A stretch of DNA of 64,000 nt from Klebsormidium nitens (Eukaryota > Plantae > Klebsormidiophyceae). Every line of letters starts with the position of its first letter. The first letter of the stretch is position 1. A program made the translations under genes and the position numbers. The notes under the pieces are model-generated. The model was not told where the DNA came from. It searched no databases and saw nothing but the letters and a program-made list of their open reading frames with translations. This document shows positions 12,201 to 25,108 of this stretch, one piece after another. The stretch covers positions 1 through 64,000 of the forward strand of contig DF237438.1 of NCBI GenBank assembly GCA_000708835.1, read 5' to 3'.

Positions 12201-15200
12201 GATATGCCGCATGTGGGGCGCAGGTGCTGTACTTCATTCCCGCGGTGAAGGTGGCCGTGAGCGGCCATGTGTGCCTGCGCGAGTTCTGCCTCACTTGCGA
12301 GCTGGCGTTCATCATGCACATGCTGGACCTCGCACAGGGCGCCACGTGTCAGGCCTCCAACCTGCTGCGTGCACTGCGCCAGTTGCGAGAAGCAGTCGCT
12401 CTCGGCCTGGTCGAGGGGCCCGACGAAATTGGGGCCAAGCAGGTGCGCGATCCCACGAGCAGCGTGCGAGCAGACATGAAACCTTGCCGGTGACGGTATG
12501 GTGGTTGAGGTAGTCGAGCACAGACCAAGGCTGCCAAGGCAGACCGCGTGTAAATAGCGTTCCCACCGTTTTGACGTTCGAATCGTTGTACATTTTGCGA
12601 GCCTTCACGGCGTTCGTTCTTCGGAGGGATTTGCAACCTCCTGGATTCGTCCTTCCAACCCCTCTCACTTCTTGTGTTTCCATGCTGCTCTGATAAAGTT
12701 TCAGACAGTGCGAGTGGGCATCTTGCGGGGTGGAACGCCTGCATCAGAAGTAAGGCGTATGGCTGTGGCCCCGTCTCACGCTTTCCCTGGCCGTGGGTAT
12801 GTCGCAGGAGCAGGACGTGTCGAAGCGCATCCAGAGCCTGTCCCGCTTCCTGCTGGAGCAGCTGCACAAGGAGGCCGGCCTCACCGCGCCCACCGCCACG
12901 CTGGCACCCCCCGACCAGCCCGCGCCAGGTACCTCGATCACCGACCAGATCTTCGGGGCGACCCTCCGCACCAGCGCCAAGGTACGGGCTCTCGTGTACA
13001 ACGCTCCTTCTGTGGTATAGCCTGAACCTTGGGGCAGATTGTCATATAGACATTGTCATTTGCACTCCCCTCACAACCTAATTACCGAAGATCGGGGCGG
13101 ATCTGTTTCGTAGGACAAGCAAGAAGTTTGTGGTGAGCAGCGTCGTAGTACTGTGGCTCAGCCACAGCTGGGACCCTGGGCCGCAGTCCGTCCAGGAACG
13201 GTGTGTAGGCGTGTGACGTGGCGGTTGTGGTGGGTGCACGCAGTGCCTGAAGGTGGAGCACGCGCTCACGGAGCGCGAGGTGCGCACGTTCCACGTGGAG
13301 CTGCAGTACCCGCAGCGCCCGCCCGCGCCGGGGGAGGCCTGGCCCCGCTTTGCGGCCATTCTGGAGCGCAGCCTGGCGCGCCAGGAGGACATCCGCGCCT
13401 GGTGCCCCGTCTGCAAGGCGTACCAGCCCCTGCAGCAGGTGACACGCCGCATGCAACACGCAGCATCGCCCCCGCCTTGTTAGCATCAACCCCGAGAAGG
13501 ACTGTCCGCTCTGACGCTCAGGTGTCAAATCTCGGCCGTGGCCGCTTCCGTGTTGATGATCCCTTGCCCCAACTCAGTATGTGCCGTGTCCCCCCGACTC
13601 TGCCCGTCCATTCCGCTGTTGTCTCCCCTGAGCCGCCCCTTTATATCTTTGCAGCGCAAGTGGCCCGTGAGCCTGCCCTCGGTGCTGGTGCTCAACGCCG
13701 GCATCCGCACCGCGCACGAGCTAGCGTTTTGGCACCCCGACTCGCCCGCCGGCCCCACAACGCCAAGCGTCGCAGCGGGTGGCCCCGCGCTGGGCCGCAG
13801 TGAGAGCGGGAAGGAGGTGGTGGCGGGGAGCCCGCAGTGGCTGCCCATGCAGATCGGCGTGCACGCGGACCAGGACGGCAGCTCTGTCACCGTCACGCAG
13901 GTCAGCACGGCAAGCTGCAAGGGAGTGATTTACGCCAGCACTCGTGAAAGGAGAGGTTGGGGACCGAGGTCAAGCGGGCTTCCAATGAGGCTTCGCGTCA
14001 CCTTGAACCGCGAGCAGTCTTCTGGAACGGTCCGGTGTTTAGTCCTCGCACCTCAGCGATGCGCAGCAGTCCACTCTGGAGCGACTGACGCAGTGTGTAA
14101 GAAGACTACGTCCAGGATCGGTTCACGGTAGGCGCCCCGGCGTGTGTGCAGGACCTTGATGGGCCCCTGTCGAGCAGCGCGGCGGCGGTTGCGGCCATCC
14201 AGGCTGCCAAGGATGCGGACGCAGCAAGCGGCGGGGCGCCAGAGGCGACTCCTGGCGCGCGGTATGAGCTGACGGCGCTGATTGCCGTCATCCAGGAGGA
14301 GCTCGCGGCCGTGGCCGCTGACGTCAAGCAGCGCTCCCCGCAGCACCTCGTGGCGCACGTCAAGGCAAGCGCGCTTGAGCACTCGCCGCCAATTGGGCTC
14401 GTCGCAAGGACGCGTCTACACGAGCGTGGCGAAGGGGCTTTCCTCATTGCGGCCCACAGTCGCCCTGCCTCTGTGCTCACCCGGCCACGTGGCTGCTCGT
14501 GTGCAGATTCCGCCCATGCATGCCGACCGTGAGCTGCCCCTAGCCGCGTCGCCCTCCCTGAGCTTGCCCCACGGGCCCGCCTCTTTCCGCGCCATGGCCC
14601 GCTCCACCTCCCCGGGGGCAGCCGCTTTGCTCGCGGCGGTAGGGGGCAGCCCCCTTGCGCCAGGTAAGCCGCACAGCAAATGAAGATGCACAGAATTGAC
14701 AGGGAGCCGGGTAAAGCGCAACAGGGGCAGCTGAGGGCCATGTGGGTTTGCGGGTGACGGGCCAACTGTCCAAGATTGAAGTGTCACAATGACCGTCAAT
14801 GCTTCCAAGTGTCAGGAAGATAGCTTGCTCCTCTCGGCTTGTTTCCCAGCATTGGAGTGGCTCTCCCTGGTTCCCATCCGGTCCCCTCCGGCCTGCTCGT
14901 TTTCCAGTGCCTTAGTCTTACGCACCCCTATCCGGTTTACCCAGGCCGCGGCTTTGGTGTCGCGGGCGCCAGTCCTGGGCGGGGCGGCGCAGGCGAGGTG
15001 GCCACCCCGGGGTCCGTGGAGCGGCAGGGCAGCCAGGGCCGGGGGGGGCTGCCCTCCGACTGGGTCCTCTTCAACGACTTCTGCATCACGCCCACCACCG
15101 CGCAGGAAGTTGTGAGTGCGCTGCCCCGTCCCAGCACCTCCTGTTGCCCCCCCGCCAGCGTGCTGTGCCTCCTTAGTGTGCCGGCCTGTTCTGCACGCCT

Positions 15201-16958
15201 ATCGATTCAGCCGGCCGGTGGTGGCCCACCGTCACATCGCTCCGACATAAGTGGTGAAAGCGCCCCTTGCGGGGCTGGTGCGTGCAGGTGACATTGTACG
15301 GGCAACACAAGGTGCCGTGTCTCCTGTTCTACACCCGGGTCGACGCCCCGCCCCTGGTCCGCGCCCCCTCCAGTGCTGCGCCCGCCAGCCCGGGCACCCC
15401 GGTGACGCCCCCCCGCCCGCTGGCGCCCCTCGTCAGCGCCACGCATGCAAGCCCCATCGACGAGGCGCTGTTCACCACCCTCAACGACGAGACGCGCCAG
15501 AAGCAGTGGCGCTCCTTCGTGCCCTTCGATCTCCCCTCCGAGGCGCCCCGCGCAGTGAGCAGCCCAACGCCAGGCCTCACTGCCCACTCCCGTCTACCCC
15601 TGGGCAGCGGCAATGCGTCCTAGCTGCTGCTAGTCCAGGGATTCGTCATCGGGCTTCCTTCACTTGCCGGGCTGAGGACAGGACTTCGATCTACTCGGTC
15701 ATTGCGACCCCACCAGTCTGCAGTCCCCTGCGCAATTCTCTCTGTTTTTTGCTCTCCTTCGCCTCCGTATAGTTCGCCCCTCCCCCTCGTCCAGGGCCTG
15801 CTGCTGGGCATCGACGCCGAGTTCGTGGCGCTGGCCCCCGCGGAGACGGAGCTGCGCGAGGACGGCAGCGCAGCCGTGCTGCGGCCCGCGCGGCTGGGTC
15901 TGGCGCGCGTGAGCGTCGTGCGCGGGGAGGGCGAGCGCGCGGGCGGCGCGTGCATGGACGACTACATCCGTGCGGTGGAGCCGGTGTACGACTACCTGAC
16001 ACGCTACAGCGGGCTGCGGCCGGGGGACCTGGACCCGGGCGTGAGCGCGCACCACATCACGACGCTGAAGAAGGCGTACCTAAAGCTGCGCTACCTGGTG
16101 GACACGGGGTGCCGCTTCGTGGGGCACGGCCTGAAGAAGGACTTCCGCATGATCAACCTGGTGGTGCCGCCCGAGCAGATCGTGGACACGGTGGAGCTGT
16201 TCCACCTCAAGCGACAGCGCAAGATCTCGCTGCGCTTCCTCGCCTCCTACCTCCTCAAGGTCAGCCCGCCCAGCCCGGGGGAGCAGGCGCAGACCACCGC
16301 AGAACAACACGGCTCCCCCAGACACGCGTCGCTTGATTTGATCACGACGCAGGTCCTGGCAGTTTCAGTATATGTACCACTTTGAAGACAGAGGCTGAAG
16401 CGTTTAGGTTGTATGCTGACCCCAATTGCTGCGTGTTGCCAGTCGTCCACGGGGTTGGCCGGTGCAGCCATCTTGCTGCACCATCAATAGAGTGTTCTCT
16501 GGCCAAGCAGGTCGCCGGTCCACTTGCTTTGGCTAAGCTGGTGTGGCTGGGTGGGTGTGCAGCTGGACATCCAGAAGGAGACGCACGACAGCATCGAGGA
16601 CGCGCGCACCGCGCTGCGCCTGTACGCCATGTACAAGCAGCTGGTCGCGGCCGGGGAGTTCCAGGACAAGGTGAGAGCGCACGCACCGCATCGCCCACGG
16701 CTGCCCCCAGCAAGGAGGGGGTGCTTCGTTGCGTCCAGCTGTGGGCATGATGGGTGAGCCCGTTGCCTCGGAGATTGTTGCGGCCATGTCCTACGCAGGA
16801 CTCCTCTACGCAAGCACGCGTTTTCTGAACAACGACCTTCTTTCGACTTGCAGTTGCTAGAGATCTACAAATACGGGCGCAAATATGGATGGGAGGTTGG
16901 CGGGATTACAGCAGAACGGACGTTGGTTACCGAAGTTCGAACACAAAGTGTATACTAG
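9222..16958 (+). CDS. PAN2: PAN2 poly(A) deadenylase catalytic subunit (WD40, pseudo-UCH, DEDD exonuclease), multi-exon
   Basis: WD40-like N-terminal exons (e.g. VYCDPLVKVFDMR, LAFGDGGGFVHLW). UCH-like RTRFAGLENDMANSYCNALLQ|VLYFIP, HVCLREFCLTCELAF and WVLFNDF. Exonuclease motifs LLGIDAEFV, FVGHGLKKDFRMIN and THDSIEDARTAL. The last exon ends at TAG 16956-16958. Confidence 0.95.
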
Positions 16959-18180
16959 TGAGTACATATCTCGCTCGTGTCCATCCTGCGCGACATGCAT
17001 GGTAGTCTGCACGCCACCGCGGACGCCGGAGACGCAGCTGGCACAGACAGGGTCACATGCAGCCGAGCCTGCATAACGGTCTACAGACCAATGATTTCAC
17101 GTGCTTACAAGCACGTGAGATTACATGATGAGCTCAACGGTTGCACTAAGCAGATAGGTAGCCAGGGTAGGTCGGAGTCCTGAATTCCATGGTCAAATAA
17201 GGCGCATGGGGTAGTTGGATGCTTTCACGTGTTGGCGGCCCCGCCAACTTCATATGATGCATGGCTGACTTGCCGCGCAGCATGATTGCACCGATTCGGA
17301 CCTCTTTTAGTGATTGCGCCAATGACTGCACTTACAGCGCGCTCATGGCAGCTGCCTATGCAATCCTTGACTCAAGGACGTTGCAGGCCGCACAATTTGG
17401 TATAGACGGTTATACATGTTCAGCGTGCAATGCAGCCGCGCGCCGGATATGTTGCGGCGAACATACTTCCGCCAATATATTGCCAACTTCATGCAACCGG
17501 TGATCGGCCATATGCAATGAACGTTGCCCAAATCGCATCACGAAGTCGGCTTACATGAGTGAAATATCCGCGTCTGACCGCGTGGTCTGTGTTGCCCCAG
17601 ACAGGCAGGCAGGGAATGGTCGATCTCATGTGCACTGCGTGCAGTTGCTTCAATCATTTGCAGGAGGCGCGCGCGCTGCGGCCATACGTTCAAGTTGGGA
17701 CAAGAGAATCATTCAGGACGAGACATGCGAAACTTTCAGCCTCAAGAAACTCATACACATCTCGGCGCATCGTTTATTGTAAGACATACATGCATCTTAT
17801 ATGCCGGCCAAGCTTGGTGCTGCTAGTGCTAAGCGAGCATGCGTATTTGAGTCGGATGCGCCATGATGCAGTAGTAGCGGGACAGGAGTAGTCGGTCCTG
17901 GGCGCGGCCATTCGGTTCTCGGTTGCGAGCAACTAGTCATAATGCGTTCCAGGACAGGAGGTCGCAGTTGCGCACAGCTCCGGACGCGTACTCCAATTGG
18001 ATTTCAATACTGTACAAGGATCAATGTTTTGTGGTTGTCTTCCTATGTTTGAAGAACCGATCAAGCAAGACCTGCTATTAATTACGCCACCTATTCTACC
18101 TCGGTCACCTGGTGATCAAGCATCCAGAGGCAATCGCAAAGCCTCCTTCGCGGATCCTCTCTCTCGCGACTGCTGCCGCC

Positions 18181-21100
18181 CTAGCTCCCGCACGAGATGC
18201 ACGCGTCTTTGTTCTCTAGGCTGCACACCATGGCGGCCATCTGCGCCTCCTTCTCAGCCTCCAGCTCGTCGGCGCTGGGGCGCAGGGCGGCCTCGGGGGC
18301 CGGGGCGGGGCTGGGGCTGGGGCTGATAGACAGGGGCTTGGGGAGGGGGCCCGCCTTGGCGAAGCTCGACTTGTCCACCGTGAACTGGATGGCGTCCGCA
18401 GCCGCGCGCGTGCGCAAATAGTACATGCCCGTCTTCATGCCCTGCGCATGCGGCCAGATACCATCGCTCAGGGACGGATGCTCGGGGGTGATGCGCGCAA
18501 AGGGACAAGCCAGACACGCGAAACCAGGAAGCAACTACTCGCTCTTCAATTAGCCCTGAGAAGGAACCAGGTGGCAGACTATCTCTCCCTCTGCCACTCC
18601 GGCAGGAGGGGCAAGGAGCAGGCGCATGGGCGGGTGGGCACGGGCCGGCGCTGACCTTTCTCCAGGTGTAGAAGTGCAGGCTGGTGAGCTTGCCGAAGTT
18701 GGGGTTCTCTAAGTGGATGTTCAGGCTCTGGCTCTGGTCGATGAACGCGCCACGGTCCGCCGCCATGTCCACGATCGTGCGCTGCTTGATCTCCCACACC
18801 GTCCTGCCGCACAGAACGGAGCGTCAGCACACTCCTCCCAGCGTGAAACAGCAGCCATGGCACCGCCTACACTTCTACTTCGACCAAAGACGAAACAGCC
18901 GCTACTCAGAGCTGGCTGTATGGAAAAAGCGAAGGACGTGGGCTGTGGCGGGGCCCCCGAAGCGCTCACTTGTAGATATTTTTGAGGTTGTCCGGGATGA
19001 TGTCGGCGCGCTGCACGGAGCCGTTATAGTGGATGAGCTCGTTCTTGAGGACGGGCGTCCACAGGCCCAGCTCCACCAGGTCGCTCATCAGGTGCTTGTT
19101 CACCACCGTGAACTCGCCGCTGCGCACGCGCAGAAACCGCGTCAGAAGGAGGCACACAGAATGAAGACCAGTCTGGCCAATTCCAAAGTCGTTCAAACAC
19201 TGCTGAACAAGTGTTGAGATTGACCCGAAAGGAAAGGTTTTCGGAGGGCATGATTCAGGGGTGCCTACCTGAGCACCCTCCTGGCGTAGATGTTGGAAGT
19301 GTAGGGCTCGAAGCCTGCACACAACAAGAGGCACAGGTTAAGAGCGCCCAATGCGTTTGCTGTGCCAATGCTTGTGAGCACTGTGATGAGAACACCCAGA
19401 TCAGTAGGAGTGTGAGAACGAAGGTAACAGCAGGAGGAACCAAGCAGAACTTGGTGCGCCCCAGCGCCAGGGCGGCACTCACATTCGTTGTTCCCCAGGA
19501 TCTGGCTGGTGGACGCGGTGGGCATGGGTGCGCACAGCAGCGAGTTGCGCACGCCGTGCTCCGCGATCTGTTGCCGCAGGGCCGCCCAGTCCCAGCGGCC
19601 GGACAGGGACACGCCCCACATGTCCGGCTGGATCACGCCCTGCAGGACACGCCAGAGGGAGGCAAGTGAGGAAAGGACATCCAAAGCAAGCAAGCTGTCG
19701 TTCTGACTGGCCAGCATGACTAGGATAGAAAGCAAGTGTACAAGAGCAAGCCATTGGGGACCATGAATTTTTCAATTGGTGTCTCAACAGGCTGCACAGC
19801 ATTGCAAAGTGCGCCGTTACAAACGACTATGAGGAGAAACGCAGTGGGTGCGTGCTGCTGACCTTGCTAACGGGGCAGCCAGCGTAGGTTTCGTAGGGCC
19901 CCTCCTCCTTGGCGAGCTGGCAGGAGGTGCGCAGCGCGGCGTAGTAGATGGTCTCGAAGACGTCCTTGTTGAGCTGCTGCGCCTCCGGTGAGTCGAAGGC
20001 CATCCCCAGCAGGATGAACGTGTCGGCCAGCCCCTGCACGCCGATGCCGATGGGCCGGTGCCGCATGTTGGACCGCCGAGCAGTCTCCGCAGGGTAGTAG
20101 TTCACGTCGATGATGCGGTTCAAGGAGCGCGTCGCCTGCTCCGTCACCTGGGACAAAGGATTGCAGAGGGTTTGTGAGCCTGAGAAGGTTCAAAAACGCG
20201 TCAAGACGAAGTAGCAAGCGCTTTCAGGATAAAAATGCCTGACGAAGCTGTCGGAATGCGTTCGTATGCTTCCAAGGGTGCACTTCCACAACCATGAGAG
20301 TCACGCCGGTGGTCGAACCTAGGGGGCTCACCTCGACGAGCTTGTCGAAGTCGAAGTAGCGCTTTTCGCTGCCGATGCTGCCCACCAGCTTCTTGGTGTG
20401 GCCCTCCAGGGGGACGCCCTGCTCGCGCACAAAGCGGGGCAGCGCAATGGAGGCCAGGTTGCAGACAGCCGTCTCCTCAGGGCTGGTGTACTCTACGATC
20501 TCGGTGCACAGGTTGGAGCACTTGATGGTGCCCAGGTTCTGCTGGTTGCTCTTGCGGTTGCATGCGTCCTGCGCAGAAACAAGCACATGGGCTCAGCAGC
20601 ATGACATTTTCTTGCAAGTGTTGTAAATCCAGCCCCCATTGCAACATGAATCCATATTGTATCGCAAGTATCGCAAGTATCGCAAAAGGACGTTCAGAAC
20701 AACAATGCACAAGTAATCACAGGAGAGAAGAACGTACCTTGTACAACATGTATGGGTTCCCTGTCTCTATCTGAGCCTCGAGAATGGCAAACCACAGCTT
20801 TTGAGCTTCCACCACCTTCTTGGCCTTGCCCTGCGCATCGACAGTGACTTCTGTCACGAGGTAGTATTAAGATGCAGGCATGCGCGCAGAAAAGTTGCAC
20901 GTGCAGGACTCTACTTCGTCTTAGTCGGTCAGAAACTTGTAAAGTAAGCTGTCACAGACTGAGCCAGTTTCTTGATACAAACTTTTCTGAATTTCTGAAA
21001 CTGGGACGACAGAATCTGTGTGTTTGCTGTGGGGCTGCCTCACCTCCTTCTCGTAGCTGATGTACAGCTCCTCAAACTTGTCCCCCCACACCTCCGCCAG

Positions 21101-23394
21101 GCCCTGTGCCTCGTTGGGGCAGAAGAGGGACCACTTGCCGTTCTCCTCCACGCGCTTCATGAACAGGTCGTTCACCCAGAGGCCGTAGAACAGGTCGCGC
21201 GCTCGCACCTCCTCCTTGCCGTGGTTCTTGCGCAAGTCTAGCCACTCAAAGATGTCCGCATGCCACGGTTCCAGATAAATGGCAAACGCACCTGGAGCAG
21301 GCAGCAAGAAAGTCCATGATTACATGGCTAGCACAAGTGGAAGAGAGTACTATTCAGATCTATGATGCATGCACTCCAGTCTAGAGAAAGCGGGCATCGA
21401 GCAGATACTTGGCCGCCCTTCGCGACTCAAGGAGGTGGTGAAGGCTGACGGAATTGGTAAAAAACTATTGGGGAGCCAGCAAAGATTGTCTTCAAGCTCA
21501 AAACTTCAGACCAGATTGCAGGGAAGGCAAGCCCTCCTACCTTTCCTTTTGCCGCCTCCCTGATCAACATATCTGGCAGTGTCATTGAAGACTCTGAGCA
21601 TTGGGACGATGCCATTGGATGTGCCGTTTGTGCCGCGGATGTAGCTGCTGGTGGCGCGGATGTTGTGGATGGACAGTCCGATGCCGCCTGCGCTCTTGCT
21701 GATGCCCGCACACTCCTTGAGGGTGTCGTAGATGCCCTCGATGCTGTCCTCCTTCATGCACACCAGGAAGCAGCTGCTGAGCTGCGGCCGAGGGGTGCCG
21801 GCGTTGAAGAGGGTGGGGGAGGCGTGGGTGTACCATCTGCACACCAAGTGGCGCATGCTTCTGTCAGCAGGAGCATGGGAAAGAATTGGCACACTGCTTT
21901 TGTGGGGCTTGAGCAAGAAAAAGATGGTCACAAGAAGGATGCTTCCAAACAGATCTTAACAAGAAGGATGCTTCAAAGAGATCGAGGGCAACATAGGAAA
22001 GATGGGTTGCCTGCACTTGTGTGGTGATGAGGCAAGAACTGAAGTACAAATCCATCAGTACGCAAGAAGGCAACCTGGTGAAGCACCCACCTTTCTGACA
22101 TGAGGTGGTACGTCCTGATGGCCGCCTCAATGTCCTGCTTGTGAATGCCGACAGCCACACGCATGAGCATGTGCTGCGGTCGCTCTACAACCTTGCCATT
22201 CACTTTGAGCAGGTACGAGCGCTCCAGAGTCTTGAAACCGAAGTAGTCGTACTCAAAGTCGCGGTCGTAGATGATGACGCTGTCCAGACGCTCCTTGTTC
22301 TATAGGGGGGAAAGAAGAGAATGTTTTAGGCCCCATCCGAAGGACAGTGTTGGAGGAGCTTGCATGGGGCATGAAACAAACAAGACTAGCTTGCAAGACA
22401 CGCATCTCCAGAGAAGTCCTGCAGATGATCATGACATACCTTCATGATGACCTCAAAAACGTCGTCTGCAATAAGCGGCGCTTTCAGGCCGGAACGGTTG
22501 TTGACGTGATAGTACATATCTTTGATCCTGAGGCATGAAAGAGACAAGCGGTAAGTTCACCAGTTGAGATTTGAAAGCTTGCAGCGAACGAGTCCAACCT
22601 GGGGCTCATTGCATTCAAGTGAAATACTCAGTGTGTCTGGTGGAAATCGAGCTTCATATATACTTGATAGCTGAGACAAGGCAGAACTGCATGGCTGCAA
22701 GTACCCTTTTTTGCCCAGGAAGGAAGCAGAAAACTCACGTATCTGAGAAGGACTTCTTTGTGTTCTTGTGCAAGTTGGACACAGCAATCCGCGCTGCCAG
22801 CTGCAACAATCAAAAACCACCATCAAATTCTGAGTCAACCAAAGGCATTCTGAAACTAGGTAGCATCGCCATTGATACTAGAGGTGATGAGGTTCTAGCT
22901 GTATGCTATTTCAGATCAGCAGAATTCAGAAAACACTCCACAGGAACTTCTATAGCTGCAGGGGCACGCCAAAAAGGTACAGCTGACAACAAGTTGCAGT
23001 TCACAGCTGTTGATTGCTATGAAGCAGATTTGCAAAGGCAGATGCATCGGCCTTTCAGCAACGGCACCCAACTGTGTTGGTCGCCAAAAGTAACAAGGGT
23101 GGTTTGGTACCGTAACAGATGGGCACATGAAAGCAGGGGACGCAGCAGGTGAGAGACGATCCCCACCTGTGCATAGTCCGGATGCTTTGCAGTCATGGAC
23201 GCCGCTGTCTCCGCCGCCAGCTCGTCCAGCTCGCTGGTAGTGACGCCCGTGTACACGCCGGTGGTCACCTTCTGCGCCACCAGCACCGGCTCGCAGTGCT
23301 CGGGATTCAGCCCATAGCTCAGCTTTCTGATCCTCGCAGTGATCTTGTCAAAGTGGACCGCCTCCTTGCGGCCATCACGCTTGATCACATACAT
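18181..23394 (-). CDS. RNR1: Ribonucleoside-diphosphate reductase large subunit (class Ia), multi-exon
   Basis: ATP-cone start [22 protein letters not shown], plus [49 protein letters not shown]...[36 protein letters not shown] and C-terminal CISCGS*. Confidence 0.98.
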
Positions 23395-23660
23395 CCTGAC
23401 TTGACGTGCTGAGAGAGTTAGCTAGTCCCCCTCGGCTTCCTGTTAGTCTCCTTCCTTTAACTTCGTACGTACAACTGTATGCTGAAGGTGGCTGCTTTGC
23501 TCCTCCCTAACAATTGGTCAGAAAGGTGCTCGCTGCTGGCAACCTGAGGCAATGGAAGCCCCGGAGTCTCAAATGTGAAGATTTGGAAGAATGCCTTGAA
23601 GCAATGAAGGGCGTGAGTGCTTGACCGCAACTTTTCGTGTGGCCGTGTGCAGACCGCAGT

Positions 23661-23737
23661 GGCGCCAAAGCCAGCGGGAACAACTCCACGCAATCATGGC
23701 TGGCGGTAATGGTTTGAATGAAAGTTATGGCGGGAGA
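23661..23737 (-). promoter_or_regulatory. Cluster of E2F-like sites upstream of RNR1
   Basis: On the minus strand: TTTGGCGCC (23661-23669), TTCCCGC (23674-23680), TTACCGCCA (23701-23709) and TCTCCCGCC (23729-23737), about 270-340 bp upstream of the RNR1 ATG. E2F control of RNR genes is established in plants and animals. Confidence 0.5.
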
Positions 23738-25108
23738 GGTTGGGAATCCTCTTCGGTACTTCGTTGGATGACGAGAACAGCACGGCAACCACAGTAACGC
23801 GGTAACCTTTTCAATGGCCAAAATTGACACATCTTCATAATATTTTGTGTCCTCCCAAACTTCACCTCAAGAGCTTTCAAATTCGAAATGAGACGGTCGA
23901 ATCATGAAATTGTATCAAGGGACTGGATTGAGCAATCAACAAATGTGTCTGTGCCGTTCGATGACCGTTCTCTTAATTATCGGACAGCTGTGGCCACGCC
24001 CCCTCCGTGGTACGTACCGCAGTTGCCACTGAAACGCGCATTAAGTCAATAGGTACCGTACCCTGCACGCAATGCGCATGCCTTGCAGATTTTGAGAATT
24101 CTGAGCACTTACAAGATGGTGCAAGGTCTTTGAATGCATCTCATGACCGACTCCTTCGCGGTCACTACACTCCATTGCCCATTTCCAATTGGTTGCGAAG
24201 AAGTCATCAGGATGGTAGCTTTTCCGGATATAACATCTCGTTTTCATCCATCCAATGCCCAAGTAGGCCGTAGGTTCTTCAACAGTTTGAGCATGCACAT
24301 GGTTCCTTGGTTCGAGTTCGTGAAGCGCTATGATTGATAGTGCATGCATAGAAGCAGGACGGTCACATTGAATGTTTCGAAGTGACTCGGAATTTATACT
24401 AGTACGTTCTTGAAGGCATGCCACAATGCCATGGCCCACTCGCCTGTACTGGTAACTTTGTATTGGCTTACGCCCGGCTTAGGTTTGATTCTTCAAGTAT
24501 CAAGTTGAATCTTATTGATATTGCTTCAATTGCTTATAAGCCTATAGCCTGGTCTATCATCGTGCGTGCGGGCGCCACATGCATGCGGGCAATGGCATAT
24601 GTAACTTGTAATTTGATCAATAGGGATGACCGATGGTCCCGACCGGATCAGGCTGCTCTCAAAGGTGCATGATTGCATGGCATTATACCGGCCCCGTGCA
24701 CCAGATCCCCAGCGTAATCTCTTTGGGCCAATGCACTATAGTTCATTGCAGCAACGTGAGCCTGCATGAACCGTTTTTTCGGCGCCCATACATGCATGGC
24801 CGCGTCTGACGCGATATGCAGATTCTGCGTCGCACGCGGCGCCAGGGCAGTTGAGAAGTACAAAATTGCCAAGTGACATGCTTCAGGACTTGGGCTGCCA
24901 AGAGGTGCACAATGTCACTCGTGTGTAACCTCGCTCCATGACATACATATCATTTGATCGGATATGACTTACACATTCCAGTTCTCGATTCAGTATTGCC
25001 GTACTCTGTGTGGCCGGACGAGGGTGGTCAATCGCCCTTGTTGTGCATGGTTTAGTGCTCAAAATCGCACATGATGCACAACAATGCAGGGCGGCAGAGT
25101 TATCGACG

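Noticed and set aside
20659-20685. (GTATCGCAA)3 in an RNR1 intron, and similar short duplications near 21920-21975 and 38845-38865
   Set aside because: Ordinary intronic slippage repeats with no spacers, so not CRISPR-like.
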